Below are positions 19,173 to 29,003 of a stretch of 62,904 nt of DNA, one piece after another (positions within the stretch are counted from its first letter, which is position 1; each line of letters begins with the position of its first letter). The position numbers and the translations under genes are program-made. The notes beneath the pieces are model-generated. The model made no database searches, had not been told where the DNA came from, and saw only the letters and a list, made by a program, of their open reading frames with translations. Source of the DNA: Paracoccaceae bacterium (GTDB taxonomy: Bacteria; Pseudomonadota; Alphaproteobacteria; Rhodobacterales; Rhodobacteraceae); contig PIVL01000001.1 of the NCBI GenBank assembly GCA_003354145.1, positions 1-62,904 of the forward strand, given 5' to 3'.

Positions 19173-20156
19173 ATGACTTATGGAACAAAAATCGCGTGGG
19201 ACGATAGCGTCTTGCCCTTTCAACTTGATGCCTCGGGCATGCGCGGCCGTGTGGCCCGCTTGGATGGTGTGCTTGATGGAATTCTAAAGCAACACAATTA
19301 CCCGGTGGTTGTCGAAGCGCTGGTTGCCGAAATGGCGTTGCTGACGGCGCTGATTGGCCAAACGATCAAGTTGCGCTGGAAGTTGTCGTTGCAGGTACAG
19401 TCGGATGGCCCGGTTCGGATGATAGCAACGGATTATTATGCCCCCTCGGTCGAGGGCGAGCCGGCGCGGGTCCGGGCCTATGCCAGCTATGACGAGGATC
19501 GTTTGGTTTCAGGCGGGCCGATGGATCAGGTTGGTACCGGCTATTTCGCAGTGATGTTGGATCAGGGTGAAGGAAACGAGCCGTATAAAGGTATTACTTC
19601 TTTGACCGGTGATTCGTTAAGCGATTGTGCCGAGGCGTACTTTGCCCAATCTGAACAACTGCCAACGCGGTTTTCGCTGAGTTTTGGGCGCGCATCCGGG
19701 CCAAATGAGCCTGAGCATTGGCGCGCCGGCGGGATCATGTTGCAACAAATGCCCAAAGCGTCGCCCCGGATCGCAAAAAGTGATGGCGATGGCGACATCC
19801 TGAAAGCAAGTGATTTGCTGGATGGCGAAGATGGTGAAAACTGGAATCGGGTGAATGTATTGCTGGATACGGTCGAAGATATGGAGTTGGTCGGGCCAAG
19901 TGTGACACCGGCGGACTTATTGGTTCGGCTGTTTCATGAAGAAGAGCCACGGGTGTTTGACGCTCAGGCAGTTCGATTTGGATGTACCTGTTCTGAGGAT
20001 CGTGTGCGGCAAAGCCTGTCGATCTATTCGGCCAAAGATATCGGGACGATGACAAATGAGAACGGCCGCGTCACCGCTGATTGCCAGTTTTGTAGCGCAC
20101 ATTACGATCTGAACCCGGCCTCGGTTGGGTTTGAGGCAACGCAGACAGGTGACTGA
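19173..20156 (+). CDS. hslO: redox-regulated chaperone Hsp33
   Basis: 327 aa ORF with the C-terminal zinc centre CTCS...CQFC. Confidence 0.9.
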   Translation: MTYGTKIAWDDSVLPFQLDASGMRGRVARLDGVLDGILKQHNYPVVVEALVAEMALLTALIGQTIKLRWKLSLQVQSDGPVRMIATDYYAPSVEGEPARVRAYASYDEDRLVSGGPMDQVGTGYFAVMLDQGEGNEPYKGITSLTGDSLSDCAEAYFAQSEQLPTRFSLSFGRASGPNEPEHWRAGGIMLQQMPKASPRIAKSDGDGDILKASDLLDGEDGENWNRVNVLLDTVEDMELVGPSVTPADLLVRLFHEEEPRVFDAQAVRFGCTCSEDRVRQSLSIYSAKDIGTMTNENGRVTADCQFCSAHYDLNPASVGFEATQTGD

Positions 20157-20745
20157 TACGCTTACCAATTTGCAAAAGGCTTTGGCAGCTCCGGGGCAAG
20201 GGTCGTCAGATTTTGATCTGAATCCGGAAACCGTGCTGCCAAAGGGACGTAGGCTGCGCCCCGCTGGTGTGCTGATTGCGGTCGATTTAACCGCGGGTAC
20301 GCCGCAGGTCTTTCTGACCAAACGGTCCTCGGCCCTAAAACACCATCCAGGGCAGATCGCATTTCCGGGCGGCAAGCAGGAAGATACCGATGCCAATGTG
20401 ACAGCGGCTGCATTGCGCGAAGCAAACGAGGAGATCGGGTTGCCGACTGGATTGCCACGGGTTCTTGGCGCATTGCCAATTCATGAGACCGTGACAGGGT
20501 TTTCGGTGACGCCGGTGGTGGCGGTTCTGACAGAACCATTCGACATCATTGCTGATGCTGGCGAAGTAGAAGAGGTGTTTTGTGTGCCTCTTTCGCATTT
20601 GTCTGACCCGGAAAATTACATCATTCAGTCGCGTCGCTGGCGTGGAGCCCGGCGTTACTTCTTTACGGTGCCGTATGGTCCCTATTATATCTGGGGGGCC
20701 ACGGCGCGCATGTTGCGTGGGTTGGCTGCCCGGATGGATACATGA
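20149..20745 (+). CDS. CoA pyrophosphatase (NUDIX family, NudL-like)
   Basis: Contains FPGGK and LREANEEIGL Nudix elements. A GTG at 20149 overlaps the hslO stop; the ORF track starts at TTG 20125. Start is uncertain. Confidence 0.8.
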   Translation: MTDTLTNLQKALAAPGQGSSDFDLNPETVLPKGRRLRPAGVLIAVDLTAGTPQVFLTKRSSALKHHPGQIAFPGGKQEDTDANVTAAALREANEEIGLPTGLPRVLGALPIHETVTGFSVTPVVAVLTEPFDIIADAGEVEEVFCVPLSHLSDPENYIIQSRRWRGARRYFFTVPYGPYYIWGATARMLRGLAARMDT

Positions 20746-21887
20746 CTTCAGTTCAAGGAAAATGGTTAAGCAACCCGCAAACGCTGGCGGTGTTTTCAGC
20801 GCTTTCCACAGAGGGCGCGAAGGTGTTTTTTGTTGGTGGTTGTGTGCGCAATGCGCTGCTGGGTGTCTCGGTAAGCGATGTTGATATTGCAACGGATGCG
20901 CACCCGAAAACGGTTATGGATCTGGCAATAAAGGCTGGGATCAAAGCGATTCCCACCGGTATTGATCATGGGACAGTGACGTTGGTTTGTGGCGGCATTC
21001 CGCACGAGGTGACAACATTCAGACGCGATGTGGCAACGGATGGGCGGCGTGCAGTTGTGGCCTATTCGGGGGACATCAAACAAGATGCAGCGCGGCGCGA
21101 TTTTACCATGAACGCGCTTTATGCCGGGATTGACGGGGTGGTGATTGATCCCCTGAATGGTCTTCCCGACCTGCTTGCCCGGCGGGTGCGATTTATCGGT
21201 AGCGCAACGGCCCGGATACAAGAAGACTATTTGCGGTCACTGCGCTTTTTCCGGTTTCAGGCGTGGTTTGGCGACCCTAATAAGGGTTTTGATGCAGTTT
21301 CTTTGGCGGCAGTTGCCGAAAATTTGGACGGATTAGGGCAACTTTCGGCTGAAAGGGTGGGTGCCGAGATGGTCAAGTTATTGTCTGCTGCTGATCCATC
21401 ACAAGCAGTTGCGGTCATGCGTCAAACCGGAGTTTTGACGCGAATTTTGTCTGGTGCGGACGATCGTGCGCTAGGGCCTTTGGTCCATCTGGAGGGGCTT
21501 AGTGAAACCGCACCTGATGCGATGCGCAGGCTGGCGGCGCTGGGCGGTGCATATGGGTTGCGACTCAGCAGATCGCAAATGGCTAAGGTTGACCGCTTGC
21601 ATGAAGCCGCGATTGGAACGATGGGCGCTGGCGAGTTGGGTTTTCGTCTGAAGTTCGACGAGGCGCGAGATGCATTGTTATTACGGTCTGCCTTGTTAGA
21701 ACAGCCTTGGGAGCCGGATACTTTGCAATCTGCCCGGGATGGAGACAAGGCCGAATTTCCGATAAAGGCCAGGGATTTGATGCCCGCATTCAAAGGTCCG
21801 TCGCTGGGTCAAAAGCTGAGCGATCTGACGCGAGAATGGATCGCGTCAGATTTTGCTTTGACGCGAAATGATCTGCTGTCCAAATAA
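20742..21887 (+). CDS. CCA tRNA nucleotidyltransferase / poly(A) polymerase family protein
   Basis: 381 aa ORF with GGCVRNALLG and the DVDIAT catalytic carboxylate motif. ATGA overlap with the preceding gene. Confidence 0.85.
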   Translation: MTSVQGKWLSNPQTLAVFSALSTEGAKVFFVGGCVRNALLGVSVSDVDIATDAHPKTVMDLAIKAGIKAIPTGIDHGTVTLVCGGIPHEVTTFRRDVATDGRRAVVAYSGDIKQDAARRDFTMNALYAGIDGVVIDPLNGLPDLLARRVRFIGSATARIQEDYLRSLRFFRFQAWFGDPNKGFDAVSLAAVAENLDGLGQLSAERVGAEMVKLLSAADPSQAVAVMRQTGVLTRILSGADDRALGPLVHLEGLSETAPDAMRRLAALGGAYGLRLSRSQMAKVDRLHEAAIGTMGAGELGFRLKFDEARDALLLRSALLEQPWEPDTLQSARDGDKAEFPIKARDLMPAFKGPSLGQKLSDLTREWIASDFALTRNDLLSK

Positions 21888-22062
21888 CAGGCGTGACAAT
21901 GCTGCACTTGTGCAGTATCCAAGCGACAGAAGCAAATACGGAGGAATGTGCATGTATTACGGAATCTGGTTCAGCCACCGCTGATCATCCGGCTTCCGAC
22001 CGGGTGATTAGCCACTATCACCCTGCAATTGCACGTTTTTTGCTCTGAGAGGAGCGCCCGTA

Positions 22063-23901
22063 ATGTTTCGTTATTTTGAAAACCTTGTTGACCCTTATTG
22101 TGACTACCCTGAGTTAGATCGTCCGCCAAACCGGCTTTGGCCGTTCATGCGCGACTATGCCAAGCCGTTCAAGAAGGTGATGATCTGGACCACAATTGTG
22201 TCCGTCATTGTCGCCATGAACGAAATCATCCTGATCTATTACATGGGACGTGTTGTTGACTTGTTGGGTGGTGAACCGGCGCAGATTTGGGCCAACCACA
22301 GCACTGAATTCATCCTTCTGGCTGTTTTCATACTGCTAATTCGCCCCTCGTTGCATGTGTTTGATGTCCTGTTGTTGAACAACGCCATATTGCCGAATTT
22401 CGGCACTCTGATCCGCTGGCGTGCGCACAAACACGTGTTGCGGCAATCGGTTGGTTGGTTCGAGAACGACTTTGCCGGGCGAATTGCCAATCGGATCATG
22501 CAAACGCCTCCGGCGGCTGGAGAAGTGGTTTTTCAGGTGTTTGACGCGATTTCTTATGCGCTGGCCTACCTGATCGGCGCGGCTGTGTTGCTTTGGTTGG
22601 CCGACCCGCGACTGATGTTGCCGCTGCTGGTTTGGTTTGCGCTTTATGCGGCGTTGATCCGCTGGACCGTTAAGCGTGTCGGTCCTGCGTCCAAGGCCGC
22701 GTCGGATGCCCGGTCAACGGTGACTGGGCGCGTTGTAGATGGGTACTCGAACATTCATTCGGTCAAAATGTTTGCGCATCACGATCAGGAACTTGCCTAT
22801 GCGAAAGACGCGATTGAACAGACGCGTCGGACGTTTTTCAAGGAAATGCGCATTTTTACAACGATGGATATGGTGCTTGTCTTTCTGAATGGCCTATTGA
22901 TCGTTGGCGTCGTGGGCTGGGCGATTTATCTTTGGATGGGCGGGCTGGCAACTGTTGGCGTTGTGGCTGCTGCGTCGGCATTGACCTTGCGGCTAAGCGC
23001 GATGACGGGTTGGATCATGTGGGCGCTGACTTCGTTTTTCCGGCAGTTGGGTGTTGTGGCTGAAGGTATGGAAACGATTGCCCAACCGATTGATTTGACC
23101 GATCATATAGGCTCTAAAGCGCTGAAAATGGCGGATGGTCGGATTGAACTGCAAAACCTGTCGCACCATTATGGGCGCGGGGCGGGAGGGCTTGACCAGA
23201 TCAATCTTACGATCGAGCCGGGTGAGAAAATTGGTCTGATCGGACGTTCTGGGGCTGGAAAATCGACGTTGGTCAAGCTGCTGTTGCGGTTTTACGACGT
23301 GGAAACCGGGCGGATTCTGATTGATGGTCAGGACATCTCGCATGTGACGCAAGACAGTTTGCGGCAGAATATCGGTATGGTGCAGCAGGACAGTTCGCTT
23401 TTGCATCGGTCGGTGCGTGACAACATTTTGTACGGGCGCCCCGATGCCACCCAAGAGCAGGTTATCGCCGCTGCACGCCAGGCCGAAGCGCATGACTTTA
23501 TCGGCGATTTGGTCGATCCGCAGGGGCGCAAAGGCTATGAAGCGCATGTAGGAGAGCGCGGCGTGAAGCTGTCTGGAGGGCAAAGGCAACGGGTGACATT
23601 GGCGCGGGTGATCCTGAAGGATGCACCAATATTGCTGTTGGACGAAGCGACAAGCGCTTTGGACAGCGAAGTTGAGGCCGCCATTCAGGGCACGCTGTAT
23701 GGCATGATGGAGGGCAAAACGGTCATTGCCATCGCCCACCGATTGTCCACCATTGCGCAGATGGATCGTATTCTGGTCATGGATCAGGGCAGGATTGTTG
23801 AAGAAGGAAGCCACGACGCGTTGTTGGCGCAGAATGGTCTTTATGCCCAGTTCTGGGCGCGGCAGTCGGGCGGGTTTTTGAATGCTGAGGCGGCGGAATG
23901 A
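22063..23901 (+). CDS. ABC exporter, fused permease/ATPase subunit 1
   Basis: 612 aa ORF with an N-terminal six-helix type TMD, Walker A GRSGAGKST, signature LSGGQRQR, Walker B ILLLDEATS and an AHRLST H-loop. Confidence 0.9.
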   Translation: MFRYFENLVDPYCDYPELDRPPNRLWPFMRDYAKPFKKVMIWTTIVSVIVAMNEIILIYYMGRVVDLLGGEPAQIWANHSTEFILLAVFILLIRPSLHVFDVLLLNNAILPNFGTLIRWRAHKHVLRQSVGWFENDFAGRIANRIMQTPPAAGEVVFQVFDAISYALAYLIGAAVLLWLADPRLMLPLLVWFALYAALIRWTVKRVGPASKAASDARSTVTGRVVDGYSNIHSVKMFAHHDQELAYAKDAIEQTRRTFFKEMRIFTTMDMVLVFLNGLLIVGVVGWAIYLWMGGLATVGVVAAASALTLRLSAMTGWIMWALTSFFRQLGVVAEGMETIAQPIDLTDHIGSKALKMADGRIELQNLSHHYGRGAGGLDQINLTIEPGEKIGLIGRSGAGKSTLVKLLLRFYDVETGRILIDGQDISHVTQDSLRQNIGMVQQDSSLLHRSVRDNILYGRPDATQEQVIAAARQAEAHDFIGDLVDPQGRKGYEAHVGERGVKLSGGQRQRVTLARVILKDAPILLLDEATSALDSEVEAAIQGTLYGMMEGKTVIAIAHRLSTIAQMDRILVMDQGRIVEEGSHDALLAQNGLYAQFWARQSGGFLNAEAAE

Positions 23902-25730
23902 ACATAGGCAATTGGATAAACGCATTTCGACCGGCTGACGGGCCGCCACCTGAAACGTTGCGCCCGTTTATGGGTTGGTGCCTGTCGGGGGCGTGGCCGG
24001 CGCTGTGGTTGGCCGCCGCCATATCTGCGGCCGCCGGTATTCTTGAGGCGGGGACTGCCTATATCTTGGGTGTTGTCGTTGATACGTCGGTGAGCAGCGG
24101 ACCAGATCAGCTGTTTTCGGTGTCTAATATTGGGCTTTTGGTACTTGGCGTTGGGTTTTTCCTGATTGCGCGACCATTGTTGTTTGGACTGTCAGCAACG
24201 GCGAATGCTGTCATTGTGCAACCAAACCTGAATCCATTGGTGTTGTCGCGTTTGCACCGTTGGACGCTTGGGCAATCTGTGTCGTTTTTTGATGAAGATT
24301 TCGCCGGGCGTATCGCGCAAAAGCAGATGCAGACAGCCCGAGCGGTGACAGATGTGGCGTCCGAGGCGATCAATGTGGTGGCTTTTGCTTTGGCGTCGTT
24401 GGTTGGTTCGTTGGCGTTGCTGACCGTTATTGACCCGCGGATTTCCGGGATTTTTCTGATTTGGTTGATTGGTTATTTCGCGATGATCCGATGGTTCATG
24501 CCTCGTATCAGGGTAAAGGCTGCAGCCCGGGCCGGGGCACGGGCAATGGTCACGGGGCAAGTGGTCGATACCATTACCAACATCAAAACGGTCAAGCTGT
24601 TTGCCCATGCAGATCACGAGGACCGTGCGGGGTTGAACGCAATGCAGGTTTTCCGGCAATCTGCGCTTGAGTTTGGGTATCTTGCGGCGGGGTTTCGGTT
24701 CTGCCTGATGTCACTGGCGGGCTTTTTACCTGTGTTGCTGATCGGCGCGACGCTGATTTTGTTCAGCCAGGGGCAAGCAAGCGAGGGGCACATCGTGGCT
24801 GCAGGCGCGATCGCTATTCGTATCGCCCAAATGACCGGTTGGGTCAGTTTCACACTTATGGCTGTATATGCCAGTATTGGCGAAATCGAAGATGGCATGC
24901 GCACTTTGACGCCGCGCACACGGTTGATGGATCTGCCGGGCGCGCCTGATCTTGTCGTGCCCAACGGAGAGATAGTGTTTGACCATGTGGCGTTTGCCTA
25001 TGGCCGCGACGTGGGCGGGGTGCACGAGATTGATCTGACGATTGGGGCTGGGGAAAAGCTTGGGATTGTGGGCGCGTCGGGGGCGGGCAAGTCGACTTTG
25101 GTTTCGCTGTTACTTAGGCTCTACAAAGGTGAATCTGGTCGGATTCTGATCGACGGGCAGGAATTGGTAAGCGTGACACAAGAAAGTTTGCGCCGTCAGA
25201 TTGGCATGGTCACGCAGGAAACGGCGATGTTTAATCGCTCGGCCCGCGAAAACATTTTGTACGGGCGGCCGGATGCAACCGAAGAGCAGATGATTGCCGC
25301 TGCTAAACAGGCCGAAGCGCATGAGTTCATCGGTGATCTTGAGGATCTAAAAGGCCGCAAGGGCTATGACGCGCATCTGGGCGAACGGGGCGTAAAGCTG
25401 TATGGCGGCCAGCGGCAACGAATTGCGTTGGCAAGGGCGATCCTCAAGGACGCACCGATTTTGGTGCTGGACGAAGCAACAAGCGCTTTGGACAGTGAGG
25501 TCGAAGCCTCTATTCAGACCGCGTTGCATCGGGTGATGCAGGGCAAGACCGTGCTTGCGATTGCGCATCGGTTGTCGACGCTTTCGGAAATGGACCGAAT
25601 CATCGTGATGGATCAGGGGCGGATCGTCGAAGTTGGCACGCATGATTCATTGCTGGTGCAAAATGGGCTGTATTCCCAGTTCTGGAACCGGCAATCGGGC
25701 GGGTTTATTCGGACAGAGGCGGCGGAATAG
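23898..25730 (+). CDS. ABC exporter, fused permease/ATPase subunit 2 (signature motif LYGGQ)
   Basis: 610 aa ORF with Walker A GASGAGKST, signature LYGGQRQR (TAT codon at 25401-25403) and Walker B ILVLDEATS. ATGA overlap with subunit 1 indicates a heterodimeric pair. Confidence 0.9.
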   Translation: MNIGNWINAFRPADGPPPETLRPFMGWCLSGAWPALWLAAAISAAAGILEAGTAYILGVVVDTSVSSGPDQLFSVSNIGLLVLGVGFFLIARPLLFGLSATANAVIVQPNLNPLVLSRLHRWTLGQSVSFFDEDFAGRIAQKQMQTARAVTDVASEAINVVAFALASLVGSLALLTVIDPRISGIFLIWLIGYFAMIRWFMPRIRVKAAARAGARAMVTGQVVDTITNIKTVKLFAHADHEDRAGLNAMQVFRQSALEFGYLAAGFRFCLMSLAGFLPVLLIGATLILFSQGQASEGHIVAAGAIAIRIAQMTGWVSFTLMAVYASIGEIEDGMRTLTPRTRLMDLPGAPDLVVPNGEIVFDHVAFAYGRDVGGVHEIDLTIGAGEKLGIVGASGAGKSTLVSLLLRLYKGESGRILIDGQELVSVTQESLRRQIGMVTQETAMFNRSARENILYGRPDATEEQMIAAAKQAEAHEFIGDLEDLKGRKGYDAHLGERGVKLYGGQRQRIALARAILKDAPILVLDEATSALDSEVEASIQTALHRVMQGKTVLAIAHRLSTLSEMDRIIVMDQGRIVEVGTHDSLLVQNGLYSQFWNRQSGGFIRTEAAE

Positions 25731-25768
25731 GGCCTTTTGTCTGCTGCCTGACGCAGGTATCAGACGGA

Positions 25769-26986
25769 ATGAGCACAGAATACACCATCAACAGGTTGGG
25801 ACATCAGGGCGACGGGATCGCCGATGGCCCGATCTTTGCACCGCGCACATTGCCCGGAGAAGTCGTTAGCGGCGTGCTGAACGGCACGCAGTTGAACGAC
25901 ATTCGCATCGTCACTCCGTCGTCGGACCGAGTGCAACCGCCGTGCCGACACTATAAGGCATGCGGTGGGTGCCAGTTGCAGCACGCTTCGGACAACTTTG
26001 TTGAAGAGTTCAAGGTCGGTGTTGTTCGCACTGCCTTGGCGGCCCAAGGGATCAAGACAGAGCTGCGTCCGATCATAACCTCGCCGGCGCAATCGCGACG
26101 GCGGGCAACGTTGGCGGTGCGGCGGACGAAAAAGGGGGCGATGGCCGGTTTTCACGGACGCGCCTCGGATGTTATCGTCGAAATTCCCGATTGTCAGTTA
26201 TTAGACCCTGTTTTAATTGCCGGCATTCCTGTGGCAGAGGCGTTGGCCGTGCAGGTTGGCAGCCGCAAAGGTGTGCTGACAATGACTTTGACAGTGTCAG
26301 ACATCGGGCTGGATATTTCGGTGACTGGCGGCAAGCCGTTGGATGGACCGCTGCAATTGGTGCTGGCCCAGGCAACGGAAAAATATGGGTTGGCGCGGCT
26401 GTCCTGGGACGGTGACGTGATTGCGATGAAGGCACCAGCGACGCAAACCTTTGGCGCCGCCAAAGTTGTTCCACCGCCCGGGTCATTCTTGCAGCCGACC
26501 AAAGAGGGCGAAGCTGCGCTGTTGGCGGGCATTCGTGAAATCACCGCGGGCGCGAAAAAAGTGACCGATCTGTTTGCGGGGTGTGGGACGTTCAGTCTTC
26601 CGCTTGCGAAAGACGCCGAGGTTCATGCAGTGGAAGGCAACGCCGATATGACCGAAGCGCTGGATCATGGTTGGCGGATGGCGCAGGGGCTGAAACAGAT
26701 AACAACCGAGGCTCGGGATTTGTATCGGCGTCCGATGATGCCGGATGAGTTGGCTAAGATGGACGCGGTTGTACTTGACCCGCCACGCGCCGGGGCTGAA
26801 GCCCAAGTAGCAGAGATTGTTCAGGCTATGGTGCCGGTGGTCGCTTATGTGTCCTGTAACCCAGTAAGCTTTGCGCGCGACGCCAGCCAGTTGGTGGCAG
26901 CGGGGTATCAATTGAACTGGGTTCAGGTAGTGGATCAGTTTCGGTGGTCCGCACACACGGAATTAGTTGCATCATTCACAGCTTAG
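25769..26986 (+). CDS. class I SAM-dependent RNA methyltransferase (RlmD/TrmA uracil-5 family)
   Basis: 405 aa ORF with Fe-S cysteines CRHYKACGGCQLQH, SAM motif DLFAGCGTFSLPLA, DPPRAG and the catalytic YVSCNP. Confidence 0.85.
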   Translation: MSTEYTINRLGHQGDGIADGPIFAPRTLPGEVVSGVLNGTQLNDIRIVTPSSDRVQPPCRHYKACGGCQLQHASDNFVEEFKVGVVRTALAAQGIKTELRPIITSPAQSRRRATLAVRRTKKGAMAGFHGRASDVIVEIPDCQLLDPVLIAGIPVAEALAVQVGSRKGVLTMTLTVSDIGLDISVTGGKPLDGPLQLVLAQATEKYGLARLSWDGDVIAMKAPATQTFGAAKVVPPPGSFLQPTKEGEAALLAGIREITAGAKKVTDLFAGCGTFSLPLAKDAEVHAVEGNADMTEALDHGWRMAQGLKQITTEARDLYRRPMMPDELAKMDAVVLDPPRAGAEAQVAEIVQAMVPVVAYVSCNPVSFARDASQLVAAGYQLNWVQVVDQFRWSAHTELVASFTA

Positions 26987-27077
26987 GCAGAAAATTGCTG
27001 CGTGCCATAGAAAAGTGATTTTGTTATACTGCCGACCAAGAGTAACAGGTCAGATACACAACAGGCAGAGATCAGGC

Positions 27078-27578
27078 ATGAAAAGACGGATTTTTGGAAC
27101 AGGTGCGCTGGCGACATTGGCGCTGGCAGGATGCTCGACGAGCAGCAAATTCAAATCTTATAACGGGCCGGTTGTTTCTTCGATTGTAGTAAACAAAGGT
27201 GCGCGCCATTTGTATCTGTTGCACAATGACGAAGTGCTGAAGAAGTATAAATTTGATCTGGGGTTTGCGCCCACAGGGGCGAAACAGATTGAGGGTGACG
27301 GCAAAACTCCGGAAGGCACGTATATTATAGATCGGGTGAATCCGAACAGCGCTTTTCATTTGTCGCTGGGTATTTCCTATCCGAATCGGGCTGATATTGC
27401 TGCGGCCAAGGCAATGGGAAAAAGACCGGGTGGCGCAATTTTCATTCATGGCGAGCCAAACGATTTCAAAGCCAAGGGCGATGACTGGACGGCTGGCTGT
27501 ATTGCAGTAAAGAACGACGAAATTGAGGAGATTTACGCGATGGTTCGTACCGGAACGGTGATTTCACTATGGGCCTGA
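27078..27578 (+). CDS. L,D-transpeptidase family lipoprotein (YkuD domain)
   Basis: Begins at MKRRIFGTGALATLALAGCS (lipobox). YkuD catalytic motif IFIHGEP...TAGCIAV. The ORF-track extension to 26967 overlaps the previous gene and is rejected. Confidence 0.85.
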   Translation: MKRRIFGTGALATLALAGCSTSSKFKSYNGPVVSSIVVNKGARHLYLLHNDEVLKKYKFDLGFAPTGAKQIEGDGKTPEGTYIIDRVNPNSAFHLSLGISYPNRADIAAAKAMGKRPGGAIFIHGEPNDFKAKGDDWTAGCIAVKNDEIEEIYAMVRTGTVISLWA

Positions 27579-27588
27579 GGAACTACGG

Positions 27589-28086
27589 CTAGTTCCCCAT
27601 AATCAGCGTCCACCAGATTTTTCCATTACTTTCCTGAAACCAGGAAAAGCCCATATTGACGGCCTTTGGGTCCATGATGACAGACCGGGTTCCCGATCCT
27701 TCCATCCACGCGCCAAGAGTTTCCAGCTCGGATTCGTAGGTTTCCGAGATATTTTCACCCAACATCTGACCAACATATCCGGCCCGCTGTACGCGGTCCA
27801 AAGGTGATGATCCGTCCGAACCGAAATGCCAGGGCCGGTTTTGGGCCGACATATCACGCGAGTGAGTCGCAGCGGCTGCATTTAGCTGTGCATTCAGAAC
27901 AACGGCTTCAGCGCCGGCTGCAGAGCGCAGAGCATTTACCGAATCAAGCATACGAAATTGCACTTTGTCTTCGTTACGTATGCGATAGGCTTTTGAGGAT
28001 CCTCCGCTGGACGAGTTGTCGTAGCCGGGGTCACAGGCGGACAAGCCCATAAGACACACCAACAAAACGGAAAATATGCGAACCAT
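27589..28086 (-). CDS. CAP (SCP/PR-1-like, YkwD-like) domain lipoprotein
   Basis: 165 aa ORF with lipobox LMGLSAC and CAP-like blocks (NALRSAAG, HSRDM, GENI, W...IMG). Confidence 0.7.
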   Translation of the reverse strand: MVRIFSVLLVCLMGLSACDPGYDNSSSGGSSKAYRIRNEDKVQFRMLDSVNALRSAAGAEAVVLNAQLNAAAATHSRDMSAQNRPWHFGSDGSSPLDRVQRAGYVGQMLGENISETYESELETLGAWMEGSGTRSVIMDPKAVNMGFSWFQESNGKIWWTLIMGN

Positions 28087-28251
28087 GATTCAACCTGACT
28101 TGATTTGTTATTCTTGCTCTTATCGTGCAGACAGGCATGAATTAAACTCACAAAGTGTTCAGAACGAATTCTGACGTCGGTTTGATTTGCGACTGAGACA
28201 TTCAAGCCATAATATACGCTCTAAGACAGTATTAGTAATCACAGATTGAGT

Positions 28252-28863
28252 ATGACCATGTCAAAGAAATCGTTTTTTGCCCCCACCCGACGTCGGTTTC
28301 TTGCCGGTGGCGCTGCATTGATCGGGTCTCCTGTCCTGGCGCAGACCGAAGTGGCTGAAGAAGATCCGCTGCGTCCAGCCCCCGAACCCGAAGCTCCGGT
28401 GATTCGCAATATTTCTAGCTTTCGTTCCATCGATTGGCAGCCGTATTTTTCGAATCTTAAGAACGGAGCGATTTTGGTGGATACCCGATCACGGGCGCTG
28501 CATTACTGGTCTGCGGATGGAGGCACCTACAAATTGTATCCATCAAGTGTACCACTGACGGATGAGCTTACGCGCCGTGGCCGAACCAGTGTCGTGCGCA
28601 AGGTCGAAGGCCCAAGCTGGAGTCCGACACCCAACATGCTCAAGCGCAATCCTGAGTGGCCGACCTATATTCCGCCGGGCCCAGACAACCCGCTGGGAAC
28701 GCATGCCTTATACCTGTCCTGGAAGTATTATCGCATTCACGGCACCCATGATACGCGCAAAATTGGTCGCCAATCGTCCAACGGCTGTATCGGTCTGTAT
28801 AATGAACACATTTCTGAACTGTTCGGAATGACCAAGATCGGAACCCAAGTGTTGCTAATTTGA
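28252..28863 (+). CDS. L,D-transpeptidase (YkuD domain) with twin-arginine signal
   Basis: Tat-like TRRRFLAGGAALIG signal and the catalytic YRIHGTHD...SNGCIGL motif. Start is ATG 28252 or 28258; the ORF track starts at TTG 28246. Confidence 0.85.
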   Translation: MTMSKKSFFAPTRRRFLAGGAALIGSPVLAQTEVAEEDPLRPAPEPEAPVIRNISSFRSIDWQPYFSNLKNGAILVDTRSRALHYWSADGGTYKLYPSSVPLTDELTRRGRTSVVRKVEGPSWSPTPNMLKRNPEWPTYIPPGPDNPLGTHALYLSWKYYRIHGTHDTRKIGRQSSNGCIGLYNEHISELFGMTKIGTQVLLI

Positions 28864-29003
28864 CCACATTTCGATGCGGCAAAGTGAATTAAAGGCAACA
28901 AGCATTTGCAATCTAGGTGTTTTGCTGGTTAGAAAAAGTCACGAGGTTTGTTTTGGGTGCGCGGTCCCCAAGGATGTCATGCGCTTTATCTGGAGGTTAT
29001 AAT

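Noticed and set aside
21888-22062. The 175-bp leader upstream of the ABC exporter as a possible riboswitch or sRNA (small palindrome CTGCAC-TT-GTGCAG at 21902-21915).
   Set aside because: It has only a 6-bp stem without a T-run and no resemblance to any riboswitch class I can recall. It is more simply a weak structure after the cca-like gene plus an ordinary promoter/SD region.
22993-23949. Long antisense or alternate-frame ORFs overlapping confident genes. Examples: 318 aa antisense to the ABC exporter, 7449-8123 antisense to rph, 57784-58506 antisense to the IMPase gene, 38415-39056 antisense to nusA, and 16054-16623 antisense to argG.
   Set aside because: The translations are Arg/Pro/Gly/Cys/His-rich low-complexity strings with no recognisable motifs and no SD-like starts. 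Open antisense frames are an expected by-product of codon bias in moderately GC-rich genes.
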